The notes under the pieces were generated by a model. That model saw only the letters and a list, made by a program, of their open reading frames with translations, ran no database searches and had not been told where the DNA came from. Of a DNA stretch of 64,000 nucleotides, positions 48,789 through 62,099 are shown in pieces. Source of the stretch: Lepidodermella squamata. Its lineage: Eukaryota > Animalia > Gastrotricha. Made by a program: the position numbers and the translations under genes. How positions within the stretch are numbered: position 1 is the first letter of the stretch; each line of letters opens with the position of its first letter. Where the stretch lies: assembly GCA_047495785.1 (NCBI GenBank), contig JBLDXI010000031.1, positions 806,001 through 870,000 of the forward strand, written 5' to 3'.

Positions 48789-51305
48789 TACTTATTATCA
48801 CCCATCTGCGACTTGTCCTAGTAGTAATCCGCGTCACGACGGAAAAGAGACTGATTTTTTTTCCTTTGGACTAAGACACAAGGACTTCGTAAACATTAGT
48901 CGGGCTTCATTTTTCCGAATTTTGATTCGAAAGCTACTAGCATGTTTTAAGCTGAGTTTTGGAGGTTTGAATAGATTCTTTTTAACCGAAGGTGACAAGA
49001 ACGGCTCAATTTCAGGTATTTTCAGTAATTATTTAGCTTTCAGGTGATGTAGATTGTCAGACCTAGCTCTATATTATCTACTGTAAAAACAATTCCGTTT
49101 TTTGTTTAAATACAGTTTTAGGCGATAAATTTCAGTTGCCATCAAACTGCCCCTAAAATGTATAGAGGGATCTAACCCTATTACTCTTTCCGGCCTGCAA
49201 TTCGATATTCATGGCATTGCTATTGATTTCAAATTAAAGCACCAGCTGATCGAAAATTGGCAATTGGCAAATCCAAAAATTTTGATCACGTTGAACAAAT
49301 TAATCTAAAATTAATGAGAACGGTGTCTTTTCCTCAAACCTGTTCTAATCTCTTGAATTCTGGAATTATTCTGAATCTCTGCGTAGAAAACGGGGTGAAT
49401 TGCTCTAGTCAAATTAGAACGAATTATTGTCTCGATTCAATATTGAGCTCTATTCCATTAGCCAAGCCATTTTAGTTAATTTTTTACTATTTTCAACGTG
49501 GCCTTTTACCTTTACCTAAGCCAGGAATTTGTTGGAGCATGCTCTATTTTCGCCATTTTCTCCTTAACCTATTTTTTTGTCCTGTCTCTTTTTGGGTTGT
49601 CTTAATTTTTGCTCTGCCATCTGACGGCTCTGAGTTGACCTTCGTTCGAGTTAAGACAAATCAGACCGGCGGCTCGCTCATAAAATCCGCCGGTCTGATT
49701 TTAATCCGAACAATGGTCAACACAGTGGCGCCGGAACAACGATTACAGCTCGTTCAACGACGGATTCTTGCGGCGATAAAGTGGGATTAAGCCTCCCTTT
49801 GTTTATCGCAGCTGCCTGTGTCTCATTTATGTGAGAATCATTTCTGAAATCAACAATCTTACTGCACGAATATTAGCGGAAGAAAATGTTTTCATCATTG
49901 AAATTAAGAAATTAAGAACGCATGAGGTTATTTTAATACCTAACTAATAATAGCGTATTTACGTGATTTTGATAATCTTAGTCTTTGGCTTCGACAATTA
50001 ACCTTGAATGCTGATTAGCTAGATAGCCTCCAGGTTTCAGGTCAATATCCATCCCATATGATATAAATCCGTATCAGGTAAAAGGCCTTTTCCAGCGCCT
50101 TTGAACATAGACACCACTAAAAGTCTATACATCAAAATCGTTAAGTTGTATCGTTCGTTCAGTGGCAATTGTAGCTAATTCCTGATGTGTCGTAGTGGCA
50201 GATGTAGCCGATGTTGCCAAACGGGCCGGCAAGAACTGGGCTGATACTCTGATAATCAGCTGGATCGCAAAATTTCGTTGCTTTCCCATTCAGATCTATT
50301 CATCCTGATTGCCTGATGCCGAACGGCACAAATAGGACGGGATCTGGTATTTCTGCACCATTAAACTAGAAAGCAGCGGTAAAATAGGTCAGGTATAGTC
50401 AGCTTCATTACGGAAAGATCAGGGATCCGACTAGGTCCAGCTCTGATGGGGGTAAATCGAGCATATACAATAATAGGTTCTGGGAAAAATTGCTCAAAGG
50501 AAAATATATTTTTTGCAGCACCATCTGTCATTCCTGGCAACATAACACCCCGTTTTGTGATATCAATCGTAATTTCTATACTCTAGACGAAACTGGGTAA
50601 CTGGAGGTTTTAATTACACTGAATATGAGACTTTAAGACGTTTTAAAGTTAAGTGCTCATTCTTTTACTGATTGATAACATTGATATATTTGTTTCCATT
50701 TCCTGAATTTTCGCAATTTGTTATATTTTTCGAAGTTTCAGAGATCTGAAGAGGACGTAAGTCAATAATATATCGTTAACGCGTCCATACAGGGCTGGGC
50801 TATGATATTGATTCACAGCAACACCCCTGACATTTCCCATTTGAGGCGAAATTTGTGACTTTTTCCGTTTTTTGCACAAACACCAGGCAGCAATTCCAAT
50901 CACAAGAACGGCGAATGAGCAGCTGACTGCTGGTATTACTGTGGTAACAATTGATCCTACTTGAAACAGACCGAATACATACTTTAACGGAAATACTGGA
51001 TAAAAAAGTCATTACCTTCGTATGATTGCGTCGTGCTCTTCGTCGCTGGAACTGTCGTCAACTCGGTTCTCAAATTGGTGAAATTGTGGCCCGATGATGT
51101 TGCGACAGCCGCTGTCATCTCATAACCATACAAGAACTTTGGACATTCCGCCCCCGAAAACGAGCTACAAGCTACAGTTTGGTGTATCCAGCTGCTAAGA
51201 TTATCAAGGCTCAAAAAGCGGGCATATGGTCGATTCACACAGTTTTCTTCCCCCAAGTAAATCCCGCCCTGATAATTGAAATATTCATAAGTGATTAGCT
51301 AATAA

Positions 51306-52838
51306 CCCTGAGCGACAATTTCGGGCCATTTAACTGCCTAAATCAAAAAAACTAAATATGCAAATTAGCGAGAGTTTGTCTGAGGACAGTATTCTGTTGA
51401 AAGTGTAGTTTTTTGCGGAGCTGGGCCAGCGGAACCGCGATGAGAGTTTCGCTGTGAGAAATGGTTTGTACTGCGCAGTCACTTACTGCGATACTAAAAC
51501 TTTCACTTCGGGCCGTTAGTACTTCGCACTTACTGCTAAAAACGCGACCTGCACTGCAGCTTCAAAAAAGACAGTTTTACCCTTCTCACGTCCGTCGATG
51601 TAATCATTTTATTCAAGTATGATTTTTTTAATCAAAACTGATCAATAAAAAAATTGAAAAATTGTCAAGTTAATAGTGAATGATTTTTCACGAGACGCCA
51701 TGCTCGAACAACGGCCGTGACCGATGCAGAAAACCGCCACTGGAGCAGGCCCGATAACCTGTAGAAATTAATTTAAATTAATAATTTAAATTAATTGAAC
51801 ACGAAAATACCTTGTTAATTTTTCATCGATACCATTACGAATTGCTGACCGGCTCGTTCAGACTGGTTGGACAGCAAAATCGATTCGCGGGACAAGCCTT
51901 CAAAAATTGCGGGTAAATTAAAGAAAATGGAATTAATTTCAAAATTACCTTGAATATTCGATAAATATCTAACTTGACCAAATTGCATGGTCGGCACACC
52001 TGGTGGCAAGGCGGCAAGGATTGATGAAGCTCAAAATGCGAAATTGAGGCCGGACGAAAATTCTTACTAAATAGGACATGTCATTGATGTTTTGGAATTA
52101 AAAACAAAAATAAGATGATTTGAATGAACCAAAAAGCCACATTTTTGAAGCATGGCCTGATTACGCAACACCCCGAGGCATGTGTGCACAACAATCGACT
52201 GCCATAATAACAATGATTTTGCCCTATTTCAGCTTTTATTTAGAACGACAATTTTCAGTCATTAAAAATGTTGCTTTTACGAAAAATCAAAATTATCGAA
52301 TTTTTCTAGCCTCCTTATTTTCTTAATGGTTCAGGCTGAAAACGATAAAAATTCGGTTATGTTTAGGATCCAGGTAAATAATCAGTAAAAATTAGAGAAA
52401 ATCGGGAAAAAAACGAGGAATTTCATGATAAATAAAAACAGTTTAATCCGGATAGGTAGAAGGCAGTTTTTCGAGCCAGGGAATTTTCAGCAATGAAAAC
52501 TAGAGGTCGAGGATCGAATTTCACTTTGGTTTACTACTTCTCAGTTCTCACTTCGAAATAGAGAAAATTCGAAAGTTTTGTTAACGGTGACGTAGAAATA
52601 TTTCAACTGGCAGTTAACTTCGGGTCGTAAAACCGAAATTCCCAAGTTTCATGAAAAAACTGTGTCAATTTCGCGAAGTGACTGGTTTCCAGCTTTAACT
52701 TCCAGTTTTTTCCAAAAACTGCAGTTAGTTTCGAAAAAAGATGAAAAATGACAGTAAACGGCGTTTTAAGGCAGTTTCCTGCAATTCCCACTGGAACTTA
52801 GCAGTATTTCGCAAAAAACGTGCACTTGCTGCTCAGGG
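51306..52838. mobile_element. CACTA/EnSpm-like non-autonomous element in an intron of member G
   Basis: Termini CCCTGAGCGACAA / CCCTGAGCAGCAA, 2-bp AA duplication; removal leaves a ~54-nt intron, typical of this window. Confidence 0.65.
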
Positions 52839-53127
52839 AATCATAGTAAAAACTTGCCAAACGCATTCTGGGTTTTTTGTGTCGTACATAATCGTAGTCA
52901 GTAATGAGAATTAGCGCAGTTCCGACGGTTATTCTACAGCTGTCGAAACTCTCATCTGAAAGCGGCGTAAAGCAAATGAACGTGCCTGAGTCGCATTCGG
53001 GGAATGAAGTGGTGATGGAACCAGAAACATTATAAAACTCGAATTCCAAGTGACAGTGTGGCGAGCCACATCCTTCTCCTCTTGGACGATATCCAATGAT
53101 ACGTATAGGATACCACCAGTTATAATA

Positions 53128-53232
53128 TATTGCCTTAGTTGTAATTTTAGTCAGCGGGCGGATTTTTGGTCGGAGGCCGCCAGGCCGGAGACCAAAATCC
53201 GCCAGCTGACTAAAATTGCAAATAAGGCAATA
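53128..53232. mobile_element. 105-bp hairpin MITE, TA-flanked
   Basis: TATTGCCTTAGTTGTAATTTTAGTCAGCGGGCGGATTTTTGGTC is nearly the reverse complement of GACCAAAATCCGCCAGCTGACTAAAATTGCAAATAAGGCAATA. Confidence 0.75.
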
Positions 53233-54226
53233 TACTTATTATCACCCATCTGCGACTTGTCCTAGTAGTAATCCGCGTCACGACGGAAAAGAGACTGATT
53301 TTTTTTCCTTTGGACTAAGACACAAGGACTTCGTAAACATTAGTCGGGCTTCATTTTTCCGAATTTTGATTCGAAAGCTACTAGCATGTTTTAAGCTGAG
53401 TTTTGGAGGTTTGAATAGATTCTTTTTAACCGAAGGTGACAAGAACGGCTCAATTTCAGGTATTTTCAGTAATTATTTAGCTTTCAGGTGATGTAGATTG
53501 TCAGACCTAGCTCTATATTATCTACTGTAAAAACAATTCCGTTTTTTGTTTAAATACAGTTTTAGGCGATAAATTTCAGTTGCCATCAAACTGCCCCTAA
53601 AATGTATAGAGGGATCTAACCCTATTACTCTTTCCGGCCTGCAATTCGATATTCATGGCATTGCTATTGATTTCAAATTAAAGCACCAGCTGATCGAAAA
53701 TTGGCAATTGGCAAATCCAAAAATTTTGATCACGTTGAACAAATTAATCTAAAATTAATGAGAACGGTGTCTTTTCCTCAAACCTGTTCTAATCTCTTGA
53801 ATTCTGGAATTATTCTGAATCTCTGCGTAGAAAACGGGGTGAATTGCTCTAGTCAAATTAGAACGAATTATTGTCTCGATTCAATATTGAGCTCTATTCC
53901 ATTAGCCAAGCCATTTTAGTTAATTTTTTACTATTTTCAACGTGGCCTTTTACCTTTACCTAAGCCAGGAATTTGTTGGAGCATGCTCTATTTTCGCCAT
54001 TTTCTCCTTAACCTATTTTTTTGTCCTGTCTCTTTTTGGGTTGTCTTAATTTTTGCTCTGCCATCTGACGGCTCTGAGTTGACCTTCGTTCGAGTTAAGA
54101 CAAATCAGACCGGCGGCTCGCTCATAAAATCCGCCGGTCTGATTTTAATCCGAACAATGGTCAACACAGTGGCCGACTGATTTTAGGACCAAGGCATAAA
54201 TAATTTCAGAGGGGTGATAATAATTA
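53233..54226. mobile_element. ~1-kb non-autonomous TIR element inserted in a coding exon of member G
   Basis: TIR core TTATTATCACCC at both ends, TA-flanked; no transposase ORF. Confidence 0.65.
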
Positions 54227-57200
54227 ATATAGTCGACATTATCAGTGAAAATACCAATGTTATTAACAGTTTCTTGGCTTATCTCTAGAGCCTGACTGAG
54301 CTTGAGAACAGCCAATTTATTGCTGGAGCCGATCATTTGGAAGCCACTTGACGCTTTTGCGCAGGATTCCGGCAAAATAACGTGTCGCTCGTCCAAAATC
54401 GAGATCATACACACGCCAGAGGCAGAACGAAATGGTATGAAGTACGGGTATCTGATAGGATCGTCTATTGATACTGTTGTTAGGTTCACCTTTTGCAAAC
54501 CTTGACCGGCCATCATTTGAGGCATAGCTCTCAACCTGCAGCCATCGTGAACCTTCAGAACATCTTCGTAACTCAGCGGAATATCGTAAATTGATAAGCA
54601 GAAAATAGCGTCTTCCCCAGTTCCGCTCAACCTCAAGTCAAACATGCTGGTAGGATAGAAACTTGTTTCATTCGTGAAGTATATCAGTCCAAAGGCGTTG
54701 TAAACAAGCAGCCCGTTACCATTATTGACAAGGCAAAGGAAAGTCCAAGAATCATTTGGAATCGCTGCTGCTAGAGTGTATGTTTCGTTGTGGTTTCGAA
54801 CCTTCAGTGCGCCTTCGCTGTTTATCGACAAGTGGAGCGACCACTGCGGAAATTCAACTACATCTCTACTTTGTCTTGTCGATGATTTCAAGATGAATAG
54901 GGCAATAGTGTATCCGTTAGTGATGGGCAGGTTGATCGGTTGAATTTCAACGAGGCGCTCAGATATTTTCACCCCACCTTGTTTATTGGAACTGAACGGT
55001 CCGGTAATGAAACTAGGTATCCCGGACCTGCTACCAATGGTATCGCGAAGTCGGCGTCTGCCCATATCGTTGATCCCGCTGGCCTCGTCGAATGGCCACA
55101 CAGCTATCAGTGAAAGTGGCTTGGCGTACGGCAAGACTATGAGAAACCCAGTTAAACTGTAATCTAATTTGAATTACATATTGCGAACCGCGAGCAACTT
55201 ACGCAAAGATATTGTATGAATTTGGATAGCTTCTGATCCAATTTCTTGCTCAATCTCGCGGCATATTTCTTCCTCGGATTGATAAGGTGAAAATATCACG
55301 GGAACCTTTCCTTGAGCTTCAAATTTAGCCATTATTTTCTCACATTTCTCACCGTGACAATGCCCAGTGTACCTCGTCAATTCGACAGTATAGACATACC
55401 AGCGGAGAAAATGTCCCACTTCATTCAACAGTCGCGAAACCTAGATCATAAAAATACTTATCTATGATATATGTCATCAGCTGAGGAACCATAGGAAACC
55501 TCTATGCTAGCAGTGTTTATGATTTTCTTTCGGGCATCGCTGGTGCGCTTCGAAATATCAGGATGCCAATTGTATTCCATGTAGTAGAGCCCCAACAGGT
55601 TTACTGTTGGTGAAGCATAAGCGGGAAATTGATTTTCCAAGCTGATAAATATTTTTAATCCTACCGTTCGGTTGCCATGTTGCAAATTGCTGGTATTCCG
55701 AACACAGCTCAATGATTTGCCTTAGCAGTGAATGTTCGTAGATGCTCATTTGATAGCCGGTAAGACAAGAGAAATGTTCCTGATTAGTGGCTCCAAGAAG
55801 GCCACCAATGGAGATTTTCGGCTCTGCTGCCGCCGATATTTCGTAGCCGTCGAATGGACCAAGTGTTTCTAGCACGTAACTTGGCTCCTCGCCAATGGTC
55901 GCTAGAACTTTGTTGGTAGTCCACATTGTTAGTGTGATGAAATAAAATTTAGCCAATCGAATCGTTCGAAGGTCTGCAATCAGCCGTGTCGCTTGATTTT
56001 CAGAGCCTTTAAGACTCAGCATTTGGTTTGACGCGTTGTACGAAATAATCAGAGTCTTGTTCTGGCGCTCGCACGCAATTACTTCAACCTCGCCACTTCG
56101 AGAATCTGAGTAGAAGAACACCGAAATCGTAAGGCTGTTGTGTATTTCGGCAGATGGTAGTGCGAACGCATCCAGAATTGCTAGTTCCTTCTGAGTCGTA
56201 GCGAATGAGGTTCCGAGGTAACCGAATGGACCGGCGATCTCTAAATCACCAATAACATCAGCTGTCCCGCCCAACTGTTTGGCTTCTCCGCTCACATCTT
56301 CAGCTTCATGTAGCATGTCGTAAGGTACCAGTAGAACGGGATCTGGCAATTCCGCGGAAGAAAGGAAGATGTTAGCGGCGATATAGATCAGAATAAGCAG
56401 ATCCATTTTTCCGAAAGATGGTTTAAAGCCAAGGAATTTTTATAAGGTCATCTGCGGTGACGTAGAACCCTCTTATAAAATAGAACACAGATGTTTTATT
56501 TCGAATTAATTGATAAACATTTTAATTTTAAATGTTAACAGATTCAAATGCGATTGATTTGATTTAATGGGAAGTTCTCTTGCCAATCGCTAGGCTCATA
56601 TAGATTTCTTATCGTTTTCGTTCATGAGATCATTATGAGCCAAACATATGACGTGCCGGCATCTGTTGTTAATAAAGTTGGATCGAATTCTAGGTTAATT
56701 TCACACGCCGAAAAAGCCTCGAAATTTTGGAGAATTTAAGGAATGATTTTTGGTGAATTGCTCATTTTTGACGCTTTTAAACTGACTTCACCCCTCAACC
56801 CTACTATTGAAACAAATGCGGCAACCGCTGTTGATCGATTCCGGCCTATAGCAGCCTGCATCCCTTTGCCCATTTAATGTGAAACCTGAAGTGGCACACG
56901 TCCAAATATATCGGATCTACAGAAAAACCCTGGATACAATTGCCAGCTCCCTCCCTTAAAATTCTTCTGTCTCACTTCTGTCTCACTCTCAAGCAAGGAG
57001 CCACTGATTTACGGATTGCCGCGAATTGAACCCAAAACGCCGTTCACAGTGTCAATATTCTTTTACACCGACTCAACTAGCGGCGATGTCGAAATTTGTA
57101 TGCTGCCGTATGCGCCCGTATTCGTTGAGAATATTCGGAATTCCTGAAAACTTAAGATCAGAGAAATTGAAAATAAAATTTCAATCATTTCTAAGCTAAT

Positions 57201-57467
57201 CCCTGAGTCCAATTTTCAAAAAATAGCGTTAGCTATTGCTCGCTTCGCTCGCAAAGAGATGAATTTTTGTTTGGCCTTGATTGATAGTTTCTGAACTTCC
57301 TCAAATTTCAACGCTCAGCTACAGCCTTTCGCGCACATGTGCGCACGCATAGGCGCAAAATTTGTTTCGTCTTTTATCAGGAATTTACAACAAATTGGGC
57401 CGCCAAACGTCAAAAGCCCAGGGGCCGCCAGAGGGTTAATCCGGCCCTGGGCTCTGCTAGTACGATA

Positions 57468-57650
57468 TGGTGCCGGAACGAGTTGTATGATGCCGGAACG
57501 ATGGATAAAACACGTCTACATTCGACGACTTTTTCTTGCGGCGGGAAAGTGGGATTCAGCCTCTCATTGTTTATCGCAGCTGCCTGTGCCACATTCGCGC
57601 GATAGCCCGTTCTGAATTGAAAAATCTTACTGCGGGAACTCTAGCGATAG
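57468..57650 (+). pseudogene. Orphan 3' relic of an E-like gene (GPI-type tail and 3' UTR)
   Basis: STTFSCGGKVGFSLSLFIAAACATFAR vs E STTDSCGDKVGLSLPLFIAAACVSFM; downstream UTR also similar. Confidence 0.7.
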
Positions 57651-58170
57651 AAATCACTTATAATAAATCACCTTAAGTTGTCATGACAATAATTTCAACT
57701 TTTCTTTGGCTTGGAAGAAGGTACCAATTTTAAAATATATGTACGGCGACTGTCATAAAAACCCCCCTTGTTTACATAAAGAACGGGTCTGGCGCCGGGC
57801 CCTGTGCTTATATCGAGGGCGCACCGAACTGTAACAAAGAATCAAGGACTCGCTGATCATCGTGTTACTGAGCCGCAGAGTTCAGCTAAAAATGGACTGA
57901 GCGTTTCCCTCAGATTGCGCAACCGGGGGCCGGACGGAACTTATATGGCTCCGGAATTGAGCAAATCTAATACAACCTCACTGGCATATTTCCAAATTTA
58001 ATAAATACTTATCAGATAGACTAGAAATCCCTCGATGCATCTGTTTTGAATTCAGATAAAAATTCTTATCAGAAAAGTTGAATGTTCAGTGTTCATCACG
58101 TAATCGCAGGGGCACCTATACTTTTGCGCATTTTAATCTGAATTTCGGCGACCTTTCTGACGCTAAAACC

Positions 58171-61100
58171 ATGAATCCGATTGTCATAGTCTTTGTTTCA
58201 ACTATTATCGTGGCATCTTTTGCACAATTACCAGATTCACTACTGGTTCTACTGGTGCCGCTCGACATGCAATCTGGATCCAAAGATTTGAGCGGGCGGG
58301 CTAAGCAACTAAGTGACCCTGCTCATTCAAGCGTTAACCATGTGACGGCGGGTCCGTTTGGTTACCTTGGAACTTCCGTTTCATTTTCTAGCAAGGAACC
58401 GCTCAGTTACAGCTTGCCACTGATTAAAGCCAACCGGCCGTTGACAATTTCAATGTTCTTCTACTCCGACTCAACTAGCGGCAATGTCGAAATTTTATAT
58501 TACGAGCGTCAGGAAAAGTATATCATTTTATCAGTCAACGCTTCAGAAAGGATGAGGCTGAGTCTTACAAGTTACGAAAAAGGAAAAACAAGCAGTTATG
58601 ACCTTATTGAATTACGGCGAGCATGCTTCTATTTCATCTCGCTATCAATTCGAGAATTCGGCTGGCTTGTCGTAACAATAGGCATGGAGCCATATTATTC
58701 TATTGAACCTTCAATCCCACTTGATTTTCTCGATATTTCGGAATCGGCGGAACCTAAACTTAACATCGGCGGTAGGGATGGTGCAACAAATCGCGAGCTT
58801 TTCTCGTGTGTTACAGCATATCAAACGAGCCTCTGGGAACCATTAGTTTTGAAAGAAATTGTCGATTTGTGTATGCAACAACACCGAATTGCTTCTTCAA
58901 AAGGACAGCGAGGTATGAATATACTTAGGATTGCCGGTAACAAATAATTAATCATGTCGTTCAAGTCTATTTGTTAGGCCACCGATATATGGAAACCGAG
59001 TGGAATGCCGAGATTTCCAAGCCAAATAGCATGGCTCGCTATCAAATAACTTATGACACTAACATTAAAGTTTTTATTACTCGATGGTTATATGTGACAA
59101 ATTTCACTTGCACTTTTTCAGGTCTTAACGCTTATGAACCAAGCGGGTATCGTTACTTATGCATCTACTTACGCTGTTGAAGTTTCAAGCTATGCGGGGA
59201 TGTGTAACGGCTTGAATTGCGAAAAGGTCCTAGTAGCCTATTTAATTCCGATTGTCTATGCTGTGAAGTTCTCGCAATCTGAGGAAGAATTATGTAACGA
59301 AATCGAGCAAAAACTACTTTCGGACGAATATCGTATTACATCGGTAATGTCGCTAGGTAAGATTCGGTTAATTCATTCATCAACCATTCATTTAAAATGC
59401 ATATATAGGCAATTTGCCTTACGCCAGACCACTGAAACTGCTGGCAGTGTGGCCATTTGACGAAATAAGCGGCTTACGAGACATGGGACCTTTACGGCTT
59501 CGTTCTGCTACGGAAGATAGCTCAGTAATCTTCGTTGATGGTCCTTTCAATGCTCGAAAAGCTGCGGTGCGATTAACCCAATCCCTGATGAAAATCGATC
59601 CCGTCAAAGTTACGATAAATGAGGGTTTTACTGTCGCCTTTTTCTTATGGAAGTCCTCATCATCAAAAGCTAGAGATATTATGGCATTGCCCCAGTGGTC
59701 GCTAAGTATTGGGATAAATAGTGAGGGCGTGCTGTACGTAAAAAGCCTGGAAAGACTTTACAGCCTAACAATGGCGGTTTCGGACGACGCTTGGTCATTT
59801 CTCGGATTCGTGAGCAATTCATCTGGATTTTATGTCTACAATTCCTTCGGACTTATGTATTATGCGAGTGATATGAAGTTCAAATCGGCAAACATGTTCA
59901 GCATTGAGTTAAACGGGAATGGTTTGGACAGCATATCGTGTCTATCACTTTACGTAACTCCAATGAGCTTGGAAGACATTTCTCAAATTCATGACGGGTG
60001 TAGAGGGAAAATCATTCCGCAGTTGAAATCAGGCCAGACTTTCCCGCCGAACTCTGCAACGGCCCAAAAGAATTTCCCATTCTTCAAACCGTTAATCACT
60101 GATATCAGCTGTATGGCTACAAGGTTGGACAGTCGGCATTACTTGTTGCCTGAATCGTGCTTGGAGCTACATCAAGGGTCAACAAATAAAGATGTCTTCG
60201 AAATTATTGGTGTAAAGGACCGGGTGGCAATCCTCAGGCTAAATAACAGTGCTGAAATAGACCCTGAAACTTCGAATAACATCGCTCTGTTCACTAAATA
60301 CGTTGGCATGGCTGATTTCTGGTGGACTACAGTGTTTGCTGTAGGATTCCAAGTTGAAAGCGATAGTCGCTCGATTTATTACAACTCCAACTATAATTTC
60401 TACGAGGTTCGTGGACACATTAATAGCTCAGCCCCAGAATGCGAATCCGATTCGTACATTTGCTTTGATCTGTCTTCCTTTTCTGAAACGCTTCCTACTA
60501 ACTTAAATCTGGGCGCTGTTCTATCTTTCAAAGATTACGGCCTACCATATGCCTACCACCTTGAGGAGCCTAAAATGATAATGGTGAGATAAAATTTCTT
60601 AATTTGACATCAATACTTAAAATAAGACATGCGCAGGGTGGAATTTATTTGGGCGGAGAAACCGACACATTCGTTCGATTTCTCAACGTTGTGTCACGAA
60701 CTAGCTGGATACAGGAGACAGTAGCGTGTAGTTCTTTCTACGCAGTCAAATTAGATTGCCCCCAGTCTCTGGATCAGATTGACTCTGAAACGTCACTAAC
60801 ACCTGGAGAAACCACTGCCTCAACATCGCAGAGCAAAAATTGGCAGATAACAACAATACCAGTTTCAAACACATCGTCTTCATCAGAAGGTTATTAATAT
60901 TTAATTGAATTTATTATAACTCTTTCATTTTAATTCCTCTGCGCAGACGTAATTACGGCGGCATTGTTGTCAGCAACTGGTGGGTCTTTACTTGTTCTAG
61001 TTGGAATCGCAGCGTGGTGTTTAGTAAGGAAGCAGAGGAAATTAAAGTTTGCAAAACAGAAAGGAATTATCGGAGGAGAAACCACTTACATAACCCCTTA

Positions 61101-62099
61101 TGGCGATTTCAAACAAATGCTCGAGATGACACCCGAGGGCCGTTATCTCTTACCATTGATCGAAAAGATTAACATTTATCCGAACTGGCTTGAGACAAAC
61201 GAGTTGATTGGCCAAGGTTTCTTTGGCGCTATTCATAGGGGCATTTTGAGAAAACCAGGCTGCGAACCTCTTGCCATTGCTCTGAAAAGTGTTTTGCCTG
61301 GTGCTTGTAACGATGTTGTTGCCTTTGTCAGAGAAGCTCTGATAATGAAGGAATTCGATCACGAAAACGTCCTGCAAGTGATAGGTATCGCGTCTCTCGA
61401 CGGACGGCCAAACATTATTGTCCCTTATATGGAAAGAGCAAATCTCCATCACTATCTTAATTCTTACGAGGATAAATTTTGGGAGCATGATCTTTTGGCT
61501 GACTATTCCAAACAAATATGCAGAGGAATGGTTTATCTGTCGTCACGCCACTGTCTTCACAGAGACTTGGCGTGCCGCAACATTTTGGTTTCAGACAATG
61601 AAGTATTGAAGATTTCAGACTTTGGATTGTCCCGATTGGTTTCTAACGAGCACCTCTACTATCGATCTGGTGATATCAATACGTCTATGATACCAACTCG
61701 ATGGCACCCACCCGAGTCCCTCAGTAGTCAAATTTTTCTGCCAAAAGGAGATGTTTGGTCGTTTGGGGTTGTTGTCTGGGAGATTTTCTCTCGTAAGTAT
61801 AGCGTGAAGCGTTGTCTTTCGCCGGCTTAAATTTCAGGCTATTTTTATTAGTTTGTCGCGAAGAGCCCTATGCAGGGTTGAACAATTTCGAGGTCATAGT
61901 TAACGTGACTGGCGGGTTACGTCTGAGCAAACCAAAATTATGCAGTGATGAAATGTAAGTATAATTATTTTGAATATTACTATAATTACATTTATTCATC
62001 TTCAGATACAACAAAATAATTATAGCTTGTTGGAAATGTCCCGAGACCGAGAGGCCGTCATTTCAAGAAACTTTGGAGGCCTTTGAAGAGCTGAAATAA
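58171..62099 (+). CDS. Family member I: second receptor tyrosine kinase with the same ectodomain
   Basis: Same exon layout; TM ...GSLLVLVGIAAWCLV-RKQRK; kinase GQGFFG, IALK, HRDLACRN, DFGLSR, PTRWHPPE, DVWSFG; last two kinase introns as in member C. Confidence 0.88.

Larger units (their letters stand above)
45282..54169. repeat. Near-identical direct tandem duplication, unit 4444 bp (45282-49725, 49726-54169)
   Basis: All ORFs repeat at offset 4444; TGGC microhomology at the junction; one mismatch seen (46349 A vs 50793 G). Confidence 0.95.
50665..56406 (-). pseudogene. Family member G: ectodomain plus TM plus short kinase-less tail; pseudoprotease exon disrupted by transposons
   Basis: Exons 56406-~55665 and 55134-54230 resume at 53127 (TDNVDY|YNWWYPIRIIGY); later exons GGIYLGEENC..WIHQTVAC and TM VIPAVSCSFAVLVIGIAAWCLC-KKRKK. 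Confidence 0.75.

Noticed and set aside
47371-49790. Numerous 60-90 aa ORFs within the duplicated unit
   Set aside because: They lie in AT-rich transposon interiors or antisense to exons; no transposase or other motifs.
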